The position numbers and the translations under genes are program-made. Below the pieces are notes generated by a model. That model searched no databases and was not told the origin of the DNA. It saw only the letters and a program-made list of their open reading frames with translations. This document shows positions 27,705-36,374 of a stretch of 64,000 nucleotides of DNA, piece by piece. This stretch comes from Parcubacteria group bacterium (GTDB taxonomy: Bacteria > Patescibacteriota > Patescibacteriia > UBA9934 > GWF2-40-263), in contig JABMNZ010000003.1 in NCBI GenBank assembly GCA_013204395.1, positions 13,570 through 77,569 on the forward strand, read 5' to 3'. Each line of letters starts with the position of its first letter. The stretch's first letter is position 1.

Positions 27705-27971
27705 ATGTCCGAACAGGTAATAGACGCAGCCACACTCCGCACCGCCTTCATGAAGTCCCTCAGGAACTCCCTGGTGGTAGCGCTGATCATCGCTGCGGGA
27801 ATGGTCTACCTGAAACTCACCTACTCGCCCACAGAGAACCAGGAGGCCTATGGAATCACCATGGGCTCCGGAGGCTTGTTCCTGACCATCGTCACTCTTC
27901 ACGCGCTCGGAAACTGCTTCTTGTACTGGACTCACCCAGTACGAAAGGGATCCATCCCGTCTTCTGAGTGA
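27705..27971 (+). CDS. GC-rich small 2-TM membrane protein, paralogue 3 (short)
   Basis: 88 aa with two TM helices. It has the same acagaaagg...ATG upstream context and terminator type as its neighbours. Confidence 0.4.
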   Translation: MSEQVIDAATLRTAFMKSLRNSLVVALIIAAGMVYLKLTYSPTENQEAYGITMGSGGLFLTIVTLHALGNCFLYWTHPVRKGSIPSSE

Positions 27972-27996
27972 GACGAACTCCTCGCTCAACACACCT

Positions 27997-28022
27997 GACC
28001 CCCATACGGAGGGTCTTTTTTC
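27997..28022 (+). terminator. Rho-independent terminator
   Basis: gaccccc-atacgga-gggtc followed by tttttttc, nearly the same hairpin as at 27016. Confidence 0.7.
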
Positions 28023-28085
28023 TTATATAGAACATCTACAACCCCAACCCACCAAACAAAACGTCGACCCACCACGGGCCACCCA

Positions 28086-28146
28086 AGAGGAATGAGCGTC
28101 GACACAACTTTGAGTCGGCAACACGCGACCGATCTCACAAGTTCGT
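28086..28146. repeat. Palindromic MITE/REP-like element, copy B
   Basis: gcgtcgacACAACTTTGAGTCGGCAACACGCGACCGATCTCACAAGTTCGTGCCgacgatc. Confidence 0.75.
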
Positions 28147-28204
28147 GCCGACGATCAGTTCCTCCAAAGCCTTCACATCGACTTATCCCCACCACACCCC
28201 TTGC

Positions 28205-28246
28205 GTTCGGTTTTTGTTCGGTTCATAATACGAACATAAAGCGAAC
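28205..28246. promoter_or_regulatory. Candidate LexA operator: phased GTTC/GAAC tetrads with 11-bp periodicity forming an imperfect 42-bp palindrome, 10 bp upstream of the lexA start
   Basis: GTTCggtttttGTTCgGTTCataatacGAACataaagcGAAC. It contains GTTC-N7-GTTC (alphaproteobacterial-type SOS box architecture) and its inverse, centred on a dyad axis. Confidence 0.5.
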
Positions 28247-28255
28247 AGGAAATTT

Positions 28256-28870
28256 ATGTCGAACATAACCAAAAAACAAGCAGAGGTGCTCGCGATCATC
28301 CGCACGCACCTTGAAGACGAGGGCTATGCCCCATCCTACCGAGAGATAGCAGACGCCCTAGGCCTCTCCTCCCCAGCCACTGTCCACGCGCATGTGCAAG
28401 CGCTGGCAGAAAAAGGTCTCATCGCCACCGGTGATGATGGGAGAGCGCGCTCAATCGAGCTAGTCGATGAAGAAGTTAAACAGCCATCAGTAATGCTACC
28501 CCTCATGGGTATCATCACAGCAGGAGAACCTATCGAGGCCGTGGAAGATAATGAAGCCATGGCTGTGCCTTCAGACTTTGTTCTAGACAGCGCCAACTCA
28601 TTTGTCCTTAGAGTAAAAGGACGCTCCATGATAGAAGATGGAATACTAGATGGCGACTACGTTGTCATCGAGAGAAATCCATCACCTCGTGACGGAGAGG
28701 TAGTGGTAGCCTTACTAGATAATGCCTTTGCCACGCTGAAACGATTTTACAGAGAACGCAATCGTATCAGACTTCAACCTGCAAACAGCTCCATGGAACC
28801 AATCTTCGTCCAAGACTGCATTATCCAAGGAGTTGTCCGAGCTGTCATAAGAAAATTTCAACCTGTGTAG
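28256..28870 (+). CDS. lexA: LexA repressor
   Basis: N-terminal wHTH (YREIADALGLSSPATVHAHVQALAEKGLI), an Ala-Gly cleavage site (ITAGEP), and the S24 Ser/Lys dyad region (VKGRSMIEDGI...VVALLDNAFATLKRF). Confidence 0.9.
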   Translation: MSNITKKQAEVLAIIRTHLEDEGYAPSYREIADALGLSSPATVHAHVQALAEKGLIATGDDGRARSIELVDEEVKQPSVMLPLMGIITAGEPIEAVEDNEAMAVPSDFVLDSANSFVLRVKGRSMIEDGILDGDYVVIERNPSPRDGEVVVALLDNAFATLKRFYRERNRIRLQPANSSMEPIFVQDCIIQGVVRAVIRKFQPV

Positions 28871-29089
28871 ACCGATCAAGAAGTTGCGGAGGGATCACGT
28901 AACATCTCGATAAAAAAAGATACTGAGCGTCCGGCAAGACAATTCTCAGTATCTACTCAAGGCACTACCTTGTTACGCCGAGGACGAATCCTCATTCGTA
29001 TGGCAGCTTTTGTATTGTAATGAAGGTGGGCGTGGAGAGCAAACCCGTCGGAGCTTGCTCTCTACACCTCACCTCTTAAAAAAGACCTC

Positions 29090-29190
29090 TAGGCCAAGGG
29101 TTCCGCTGCAAGCACGGGGACAGGAAAGACCATGCTCTGCCTGGGTGCCAGAGCCGTCACATCCAAGATCCTTCTTGCGGCCGAACCCTT
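29090..29190 (+). other. Candidate small structured RNA or regulatory element (long-range 18-bp stem enclosing internal hairpins)
   Basis: ccaagggttccgctgcaag (29093-29111) pairs with cttgcggccgaacccttg (29172-29189). An internal ctctg-cctgggtgc-cagag hairpin is present. Strand and function are unknown. Confidence 0.3.
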
Positions 29191-29267
29191 GATCTCGACC
29201 ATTATTCTTAACCCCAAGCATCTTCTTCACCCCTATCCCCCTCCACCACCAACATGGGTGTAACACC

Positions 29268-29347
29268 TCGACTCAGACATTGGGACAACTTTGAGTCGGC
29301 AATATGCGCCCGATCTCACAAGTTCGTACCAATGGCTGCAGTCGCCG
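29268..29347. repeat. Palindromic MITE/REP-like element, copy C
   Basis: cgactcagacattGGGACAACTTTGAGTCGGCAATATGCGCCCGATCTCACAAGTTCGTACCaatggctgcagtcgccgac. It has the same outer arms as copy A. Confidence 0.8.
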
Positions 29348-29583
29348 ACTATCAACAAGCTCGCCCAACACTCAACTCACAAACCCACCCCCTTCACCTT
29401 TTACAAACCATAACCCCATTACCCCTATGTCATCCTCGACCCTACGTTACACAGCCATCACACTATCATTCCTCCCTTACAAGCGTGATCATCGTTTTAC
29501 AAAAAGTCTACGCTCACTTCGTCTACGCGCTTCCAGACGCCGCGCTAAACAAGCTCTGCGACAAATACTCTCTCACGTAACAA

Positions 29584-29841
29584 ATGATGGCTATGCACGA
29601 GCTTCTTAATGACCCTGTGGACGTGGAGGTATCGTTTTCAAATAACCGTGTCGTTCCGCGTTCCATCAGGTGGAACCAAAAAGATTACAAAATTGAAACA
29701 GTAAACCTAGTTCACACGGCACGAGAGGGACACAAAAAAATGTTCTACTTCTCAGTCTCAGACCTAAATAACTATTTCAAACTAAAACTAGATCCAGAAA
29801 ATTTAGATTGGCGCCTAGTCGAGCTTTATACAGATGGATAA
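29584..29841 (+). CDS. Small AT-rich hypothetical protein in the lexA-dinB locus
   Basis: 85 aa (MMAMHELLNDPVDVEVSFSNNRVVPRSIRWNQKDYKIE...). It sits between lexA and dinB. A YolD/UmuD-accessory-like role is possible but not demonstrable from the sequence. Confidence 0.4.
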   Translation: MMAMHELLNDPVDVEVSFSNNRVVPRSIRWNQKDYKIETVNLVHTAREGHKKMFYFSVSDLNNYFKLKLDPENLDWRLVELYTDG

Positions 29842-29863
29842 AAGAAAAAGCACCTCATGGGTG

Positions 29864-30376
29864 CTAGTCGGCTTGTACCTTAAGTTCAAGGTACCTCACC
29901 AGGTCGAGTTCGTAGTGCCGATCAGATCCCTCAACGAGCTTGAAGCCGAGATTCTCGTACAGCGCGCGAGCTGCTTCGTGCCAGGGCTCAGAAACGAGCC
30001 GCACCACCTTGATGAGTGGGGACACTCCTACAGCCTGGTCGAGCAAATTCTCCATGAGTGCACGGCCAAGTCCTCGACCATCACCACGGAAGTCTTCGTC
30101 CACCAACACGTACTCAACATGACCAACACCCTTGCGCCAGTCGTAGGTGATGCAGAGCATGGCCACACCGACCACACGCCCTGTTTCCTGCTGACGGATC
30201 ACAGAGATGCGCGTGCGTGCGCGTTCCATAAGCCTACGCTGGTGCAAGACATCTTGGTACGGCAGAAGTCCTGATTGAAGTAGTTCATCGCCGCGCTCGT
30301 TTAGAAACGTAATGCAGTCACGGTAATCGTCCAGCCGAGCCAAATCGATCCTGAACAAGGTGCTGTTAAAGGGCAT
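29864..30376 (-). CDS. GNAT family N-acetyltransferase
   Basis: VAMLCITYDW...VLVDEDFRGDGRGLGRALMENLLDQA is the acetyl-CoA-binding Q/RxxGxG/A motif. Confidence 0.75.
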   Translation of the reverse strand: MPFNSTLFRIDLARLDDYRDCITFLNERGDELLQSGLLPYQDVLHQRRLMERARTRISVIRQQETGRVVGVAMLCITYDWRKGVGHVEYVLVDEDFRGDGRGLGRALMENLLDQAVGVSPLIKVVRLVSEPWHEAARALYENLGFKLVEGSDRHYELDLVRYLELKVQAD

Positions 30377-30427
30377 GTGTGCCTCCTAGAAAAAGACTCT
30401 ACCATAGAATCTATCATCGTCAAACTT

Positions 30428-31777
30428 ATGGAGCGCATCATTCTCCACATTGATTTTAATTCCTACTTCGCCTCTGTTGAACAGCAGGCGAATCCCTTTT
30501 TACGTGGCAAACCCATCGGCATCACAGGAAAAAGCCAGGAGCGCTCTGTTGTCGCCACAGCCTCAATTGAAGCCAAAGCCCTTGGTGTTAAAACAGCCAT
30601 GAGTACATGGGAGGCAAAGAAGGTATGCCCAACAATCATCCTCTGGCCTGGTGATCCAGAAAAGTATTCAGACATCACATCTAGATTTAATCGAATCTTA
30701 AGTGAGTTCACACCAAACGTCTCTCAGTTCAGTGTGGACGAGAGTTTTTTAGATATTACAGACGAGGCTGAAGATTATTTCGGCGCAACCTGCCTTGCTC
30801 AAGCTTTGCGCGAGCGACTCAGAGAGGAGTTTGGAGATCACATCACCGCTTCCATAGGCATCGCCCCAAACAAGCTCATGGCCAAACTCGCCTGCGAGTC
30901 AGTCAAACCTAATGGACTAACGGTCGTTCGCAAAGACGACTTAATCGATTTCATCGACACGCGTGAACTTGATGACCTATGTGGAATCGGACATCGTATA
31001 AAGCATCGCCTGAATGCTCTTGGCGTTGAAACTTTTAAACAACTCCGTGAATTCCCCATCAACGATCTCGTCGATGAATTCAAATCTTACGGCACTTGGC
31101 TACATGCAGCAGCTCATGGACACGACTCATCCGCGGTCGTCTCATCCACGCAAAAAGGCATTCGCACCATGCACTCGACTGGCGTGAAGTCTTATGGACA
31201 CTCATACACCCTCCCTCAAAACACTCACGACCTCCTTGTCATAAAACGATACCTACTAGGCCTGGCAGACAAAGTTGCATGGCGCATGCGCCGCGATAAA
31301 ACCCTAGCCCGTCGCGTAAGCGTCTTTGTTCGTTTTGGCGACTTCACTGGACACGGCGAGCAACGCACATTCAACGAACCAACAGCCAACGGACTAAAAC
31401 TATTCCAAATAGCCTGGCGCATCCTCTCCCCCCATCTCTCCCCTCACTCTCACCCCCAACCCACAGGCCGAGCACGCGACACAGACATTGGTACAACTTT
31501 GAGTCGGCCTACCAGTGACCGATCTCAAAGTTCGTACCAAGGGCTGGGGTCGCCCCCCAATGACCTAGTCCGCCTAGTAGGCCTATCTACATCCCTATTA
31601 TCCTCAGGTCCTGAACAACCACCTCTATTTAAAAAAGACCGAAAGATGATTTCCGTCTTCTCTTCACTCGACAAGCTTCAACATCGATATGGTCCCGGTG
31701 TCTGGCAACGCGCTTCAACCATGCCAATCGAATTCAAATCCCGATCTAGTGGATTCAATTATGACCACGAGGTTTAA
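30428..31777 (+). CDS. dinB: DNA polymerase IV (Y-family), with an in-frame palindromic-element insertion in the little-finger region
   Basis: ILHIDFNSYFASVEQ, SIDE-like VDESFLDIT, and the C-terminal LVRLVGLSTSLL...PPLF little-finger motifs. Residues around SPHLSPHSHPQPTGRARDTDIGTTLSRPTSDRSQSSYQGLGSP are encoded by repeat copy D, so the protein is roughly 80-100 aa longer than typical DinB. The start was trimmed to MERIIL. Confidence 0.8.
   Translation: MERIILHIDFNSYFASVEQQANPFLRGKPIGITGKSQERSVVATASIEAKALGVKTAMSTWEAKKVCPTIILWPGDPEKYSDITSRFNRILSEFTPNVSQFSVDESFLDITDEAEDYFGATCLAQALRERLREEFGDHITASIGIAPNKLMAKLACESVKPNGLTVVRKDDLIDFIDTRELDDLCGIGHRIKHRLNALGVETFKQLREFPINDLVDEFKSYGTWLHAAAHGHDSSAVVSSTQKGIRTMHSTGVKSYGHSYTLPQNTHDLLVIKRYLLGLADKVAWRMRRDKTLARRVSVFVRFGDFTGHGEQRTFNEPTANGLKLFQIAWRILSPHLSPHSHPQPTGRARDTDIGTTLSRPTSDRSQSSYQGLGSPPNDLVRLVGLSTSLLSSGPEQPPLFKKDRKMISVFSSLDKLQHRYGPGVWQRASTMPIEFKSRSSGFNYDHEV
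31476..31555. repeat. Palindromic MITE/REP-like element, copy D (inside the dinB coding sequence, frame preserved)
   Basis: gcgacacagacattGGTACAACTTTGAGTCGGCCTACCAGTGACCGATCTCAAAGTTCGTACCaagggctggggtcgcc. Confidence 0.8.
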
Positions 31778-32490
31778 AGCTTCTTAAAGATCAGCATCTG
31801 AGAAATAGATTGGTCTTTGAATTCTCTAAACCTTGGATACCCATTCATAAGACCTTCAGTGGGTACCATGGGTGTCTGTTCTACAAGTTCAAAGCCAGCT
31901 TGTTCAGCAGCTTTAATATATGTCTCAGTCGTTCTGTAGATATCATATGAAGTTCCAAACTCACGAGGTATGGCTGCCACAAACATATCATCGCCCATAC
32001 TCTCGACTTTTGCCTCACCAAGACGATTCTTCTTAACGTACTCAAAATCAGGAACAGTTATCACAAAGATTCCACCTTGCTTAATTACCCCAGCCAAACT
32101 TTCAAATGATTTTGTCAGGTCTTCGAGATGGTTAGCAACATAAAGCATAAAACCAATATCAAAGAACCCCTCATGCTCCATAGTGTCGACCGTTGCACAC
32201 TGAACAATCACGGATGGATGCTGCTCTCGCATAAACTTCGCACCCTTCTCAGATGGTTCAACTGCTGTAATCGATCCCGCTTCCAGCTCGACCAAGACTT
32301 TCACAAGCCACCCAGTACCAGCCCCAATGTCGATCACCCTCTTGCCTGTCACTTCTGAAAGGATGTCACGAATATACTCAAGAACAAACTTTCTAAACGG
32401 AGAATCAACAGTCGCCTCTGAAGTCCAATCAATACGATCATCATCGTACTGCTTTGGATCAATAGCCTTTTGAAAAAAATCAGATGTCAT
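31774..32490 (-). CDS. Class I SAM-dependent methyltransferase
   Basis: VIDIGAGTGWL is motif I, and the Rossmann fold continues through ...GIFVITVPD. Confidence 0.7.
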   Translation of the reverse strand: MTSDFFQKAIDPKQYDDDRIDWTSEATVDSPFRKFVLEYIRDILSEVTGKRVIDIGAGTGWLVKVLVELEAGSITAVEPSEKGAKFMREQHPSVIVQCATVDTMEHEGFFDIGFMLYVANHLEDLTKSFESLAGVIKQGGIFVITVPDFEYVKKNRLGEAKVESMGDDMFVAAIPREFGTSYDIYRTTETYIKAAEQAGFELVEQTPMVPTEGLMNGYPRFREFKDQSISQMLIFKKL

Positions 32491-32492
32491 AC

Positions 32493-33047
32493 CTATTCCC
32501 CAAACACACCTTCAACCAAGTGAGCTCCGGGGTCTGGGCTGCCATCAAACAAATTTACTGTGATCACTATATCTGTGTACGCAGAGTAGTCCTCTTTATC
32601 AGGAGCCACCCAGTCAATAACAAACTCACCGTCGTCATTTGTAATCATTGGTCCAAGAGAGAAAAAGTCGTATGGAATCTTCCTAATAATCCACGCCTGG
32701 TAGTAATGAATCTCTCGATCTATCTCTGGAAGCAACGTCTTTATTTCTATGTAGTACTCATCATCCTTCTGTCCTCGGCGTGCCTCACCAAGCTCTTCTC
32801 CTGTAGCCACCCATCGCAAGTTAGCCTCCTTTGCCTCGGTGTCCATGGCTCCGTTTATGATTGCCTGTGATATTGGGTCCGGTGTAAGCACGTTCACAAT
32901 AGAACCCACCTCAGACTCCTCAACCACAGGTTCAGCGCGGAACCACTTAACAGCAAAAACAAAAAGTAGAAACAGCGCAACTACAATCAGGCCACTGCCT
33001 ATCGTTGACCTCCAACGAATTCCTTTATTTTTTAGACCGTATTTCAT
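32493..33047 (-). CDS. Secreted or membrane-anchored hypothetical protein
   Basis: 184 aa with an N-terminal TM segment (LIVVALFLLFVFAV). No family recognised. Confidence 0.4.
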   Translation of the reverse strand: MKYGLKNKGIRWRSTIGSGLIVVALFLLFVFAVKWFRAEPVVEESEVGSIVNVLTPDPISQAIINGAMDTEAKEANLRWVATGEELGEARRGQKDDEYYIEIKTLLPEIDREIHYYQAWIIRKIPYDFFSLGPMITNDDGEFVIDWVAPDKEDYSAYTDIVITVNLFDGSPDPGAHLVEGVFGE

Positions 33048-34192
33048 ACGACAGCGGCTCGCTTTACAGCTTCAGCCACCACATCGGCCACACCAGGATC
33101 AAAGGGAGATGGAAGGATTTTGTGTGACGTTGGCTCTGGCACCATTTTAGACAATGCTGTTGCTGCGGCTACCAACATAGCTGGTGTGATTGTTTTTATA
33201 CGTGCTTCTAAGACTCCTTTAAAAATTCCAGGAAAAGCCAAAACATTATTTACTTGGTTAGGAAAATCAGATCTCCCGGTTGCAATAACGGCCACACCAG
33301 CTTTGTGTGCAACCTCAGGCATGATCTCAGGCACTGGATTTGCTAGAGCAAAAATAATCGGCTGTGCTGCCATGGACCGCGCCATCTCTTCGTCGACAAG
33401 CCCCGGCTGGCTGACACCAATAAAGACATCAGCACCATTAAGGGCCTGCGCCAATGTGCCTGTACGCCCATCGGGATTAATTTGCGCCGCCAACTCATCC
33501 TTATAAGGATTCATTCCATCGCGCCCAAGCGCAATCATTCCGCGAGAATCAATCATGTCCATATGTTTGAGTCCTGCATGAAAGAGAAGGTCAGCAACCC
33601 CCATCCCCCCGGAACCTGCACCGCATACAACCACCTTCACTTCGTCTATCTTTTTCCCAACAACCTTCAAAGCATTAATCAGTCCAGCCAAGACGACCAC
33701 AGCTGTTCCATGTTGATCGTCATGCATCACAGGAATATCCAACTCCTCGATAAGCCTGCGTTCTATCTCAAAACAACGTGGCGCTGATATGTCTTCCAAA
33801 TTGATTCCTCCAAACCCAGGGGCAATCCACTTCACCGCCTGAACAATCTCGTCTACATCTTGTGTATCTAAACAAATTGGATACGCGTCAATGTTGGCAA
33901 AGTGCTTAAACAAAATCGCCTTACCTTCCATGACCGGCAAACCAGCCTCTGGTCCAATGTTTCCCAAACCAAGCACAGCCGATCCATCTGTTATTACCGC
34001 CACTGAACGTCCTTTAATGGTCAGATCCCACGCTCGAGATTTATCTGCAGCAATAACTCGACACGGTTCAGCCACACCAGGAGTATAAGCAATGGAAAGA
34101 TCATCCGTGGTCTCCATTGGAAACGTAGACTGGATCTCCAACTTCCCCTGCTTTTTCTTATGAAGTTCCAGTGACTCTTTAGAATAGTTCAT
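33044..34192 (-). CDS. NAD(P)-dependent malic enzyme (short, about 380-aa type)
   Basis: LSIAYTPGVAEPC, GLGNIGPEAGLPVMEGKAILFK and VVCGAGSGGMGVA are the malic-enzyme and Rossmann signatures. Confidence 0.85.
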   Translation of the reverse strand: MNYSKESLELHKKKQGKLEIQSTFPMETTDDLSIAYTPGVAEPCRVIAADKSRAWDLTIKGRSVAVITDGSAVLGLGNIGPEAGLPVMEGKAILFKHFANIDAYPICLDTQDVDEIVQAVKWIAPGFGGINLEDISAPRCFEIERRLIEELDIPVMHDDQHGTAVVVLAGLINALKVVGKKIDEVKVVVCGAGSGGMGVADLLFHAGLKHMDMIDSRGMIALGRDGMNPYKDELAAQINPDGRTGTLAQALNGADVFIGVSQPGLVDEEMARSMAAQPIIFALANPVPEIMPEVAHKAGVAVIATGRSDFPNQVNNVLAFPGIFKGVLEARIKTITPAMLVAAATALSKMVPEPTSHKILPSPFDPGVADVVAEAVKRAAVV

Positions 34193-34209
34193 AAACGTTC
34201 GATTACCTT

Positions 34210-36300
34210 CTATAAATCATCAACATTTCTTAAAAAACTCATTGAACTCACATCCTTCTCTTCTCGCTCTCCAATGTCATTAAGCACGATAGTCGGACCC
34301 TCATCACCATCATTCCAGCGCGATCTGCTTGGCGCGGTGTATGCAGCCTTGAGTCTAACTTGTTCGAATAAATCATCTGGGAGCTCCTGCAAGAACTGTG
34401 ATGGCTGTCCTATCATGAGCGTATCATAGCCAGAAGTGATCGGGTATGTGTAAAAAAGTTGCTTGCGCGCACGTGTCGTTGCCACGTAAAACAATCGTCT
34501 CTCTTCCTCAAGACCACCTTTTTCTTCAAGCGCCCGACCAATGGGAAACTTTCCATCAATCAAATGCATCACAAACACAGCATCCCATTCAAGTCCCTTT
34601 GCTTGATGAATGGTAGACAGAACGATCTTCTCAGCATCATCATGCCCGCCTTGTTCCCTCACCGCCCCGTAGTCTGCACTGAGCGACACCTCATCAAGAA
34701 AAGTGGTCAGACTCTTATATCCCTCTGCAAATAATGCAAATTGTTCTAGATCGTCCAAACGATCCATAAAGTCCGGGTACTCAGCTTCGACATAATCTCG
34801 ATAGTCCCCACCGATTACAGCCCTAATCAAATCAGAGGGCATCTCTTCGGCGGCTAGCTTTGTAAGCGTTCTGAGCAAGGTGGCCCATCCAGCTTGTGCG
34901 CGCTTACCAAACTTCATTTCTACCTTGAGAATCTCCTCTAGGGATTCAACTCCCTTTATCAATGAAATAATTTTTTGTGCCGTCACCAATCCAACCCCAC
35001 TGAGAAGACCCAGAACTCTCATCCAAGCCACTTCATCTTTTGGATTCTGCTTGATTCGCAGATGCGTCACAATATCCTTCACGTGTGCTCTTTCAAAAAA
35101 CTTAAGCCCTCCACGATACTCGTAAGGGATATCTCGCTTCATGAGTTCAAACTCAAGTGTCTGTGAGTGATAAGCCGCACGAAACAAAACGGCAATTTCA
35201 CTGAGAGGAATACCCTCATCGCGTAGCACCAAAATTCGTTGGGCAATATATTGTGCTTCTTGGTTACTATTGGATGCTGGCACTAAATTAGGACGTTCCA
35301 ATCCGTCTCGTACGGTAGTGAGTTCTTTTTTAAACTGCTCTCTGTTTTTTATAATCGACTCGTTAGCCACAGCCAAAATCTCAGGTGACGATCGGTAGTT
35401 GATTGTGAGTCTAAACGTTTTTGTTTCGTTGTACGTCTGAGGAAACCCAAGAATATTCTTGATCTCAGCGGCGCGGAATGAATAAATGGATTGCGCGTCA
35501 TCCCCAACCACTAAAATATTTCCGTGCTCAGCTGCAAGCTGCCTAACAATCTCCGCCTGCACAACATTTGTATCCTGATACTCATCAACCAGAATATACT
35601 CAAACTGATGAGCGAGCTGCTGTCGAATATTCTCACGCGTATACAAAAGTTCTCGAAGTTTCAAAAGCAGGTCATCAAAGTCCATGGCGTCTGCCTCCCG
35701 CTTACGTATGTGATATAGCTCAGCTATTCTCTCGATGATCGGAATGATTTCCTTAAAGTTTGAATAACGGCCCTCGATCACTTCCCTCAGGGTGCCGCCA
35801 GAGTTCATGGAGTAACTAATCATCCCGTGCAACTTGGCAGGCGATGGAAAACGTCGCTCGGAAGTATCGACGTTCAATACTTTGATACAAACCTTTATGA
35901 GCGACTTGGCATCCTCTTGATCCAAAATCGTAAAACTTGATGTGTACCCAAGCTCACGCGCGTACTTTCGCAGGAGTCGGTTAGCTATGGAGTGAAACGT
36001 TCCACCCCAGAGACCAACTGGGTACCTCCCCAAAAGCCCTTCAACGCGTGACAACATCTCTTTGGCCGCCTTGTTCGTGAACGTCACGAGCAGAATATTG
36101 TCCGCACTGACCCCTCGTTCTAATAAATAGGCCACGCGGTACGTAATGGTCCTGGTTTTACCCGACCCAGCCCCTGCCAAAACAAGAGCGGGTCCATCTC
36201 CGTTAAGAACCACTTCCAGCTGCTGTGGATTCAATTCCTTTTTAAAATCAATCGTTGACTGCGATAGATCAAAATCATCTTGTAATACAAATTCCTTCAT
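34210..36300 (-). CDS. uvrD: ATP-dependent DNA helicase UvrD/PcrA
   Basis: Walker A AGAGSGKTRT, motif II ILVDEYQDTN, plus VGDDAQSIYSFRAA and TIHQAKGLEWDAVFV helicase motifs. Confidence 0.9.
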   Translation of the reverse strand: MKEFVLQDDFDLSQSTIDFKKELNPQQLEVVLNGDGPALVLAGAGSGKTRTITYRVAYLLERGVSADNILLVTFTNKAAKEMLSRVEGLLGRYPVGLWGGTFHSIANRLLRKYARELGYTSSFTILDQEDAKSLIKVCIKVLNVDTSERRFPSPAKLHGMISYSMNSGGTLREVIEGRYSNFKEIIPIIERIAELYHIRKREADAMDFDDLLLKLRELLYTRENIRQQLAHQFEYILVDEYQDTNVVQAEIVRQLAAEHGNILVVGDDAQSIYSFRAAEIKNILGFPQTYNETKTFRLTINYRSSPEILAVANESIIKNREQFKKELTTVRDGLERPNLVPASNSNQEAQYIAQRILVLRDEGIPLSEIAVLFRAAYHSQTLEFELMKRDIPYEYRGGLKFFERAHVKDIVTHLRIKQNPKDEVAWMRVLGLLSGVGLVTAQKIISLIKGVESLEEILKVEMKFGKRAQAGWATLLRTLTKLAAEEMPSDLIRAVIGGDYRDYVEAEYPDFMDRLDDLEQFALFAEGYKSLTTFLDEVSLSADYGAVREQGGHDDAEKIVLSTIHQAKGLEWDAVFVMHLIDGKFPIGRALEEKGGLEEERRLFYVATTRARKQLFYTYPITSGYDTLMIGQPSQFLQELPDDLFEQVRLKAAYTAPSRSRWNDGDEGPTIVLNDIGEREEKDVSSMSFLRNVDDL

Positions 36301-36374
36301 AACGGCCCCATTCTATCATAAAAAAAGACCCCTGACCCTCGACGTTATCGAGTTGGTCAAGGGGTCAAAGGGGG

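Noticed and set aside
30377-30427. Upstream extension of dinB (MCLLEKDSTIESIIVKL) that abuts the GNAT start
   Set aside because: It would leave no divergent promoter space. Conserved Y-family motif I begins right after MERIILHIDFNSYFASVEQ, so the start was moved to 30428.
36301-36374. Shared tctatcat/atgatagaat-like motif upstream of dinB and uvrD as a second SOS box
   Set aside because: It is only a short, imperfect resemblance with no clear dyad symmetry. This is insufficient evidence.
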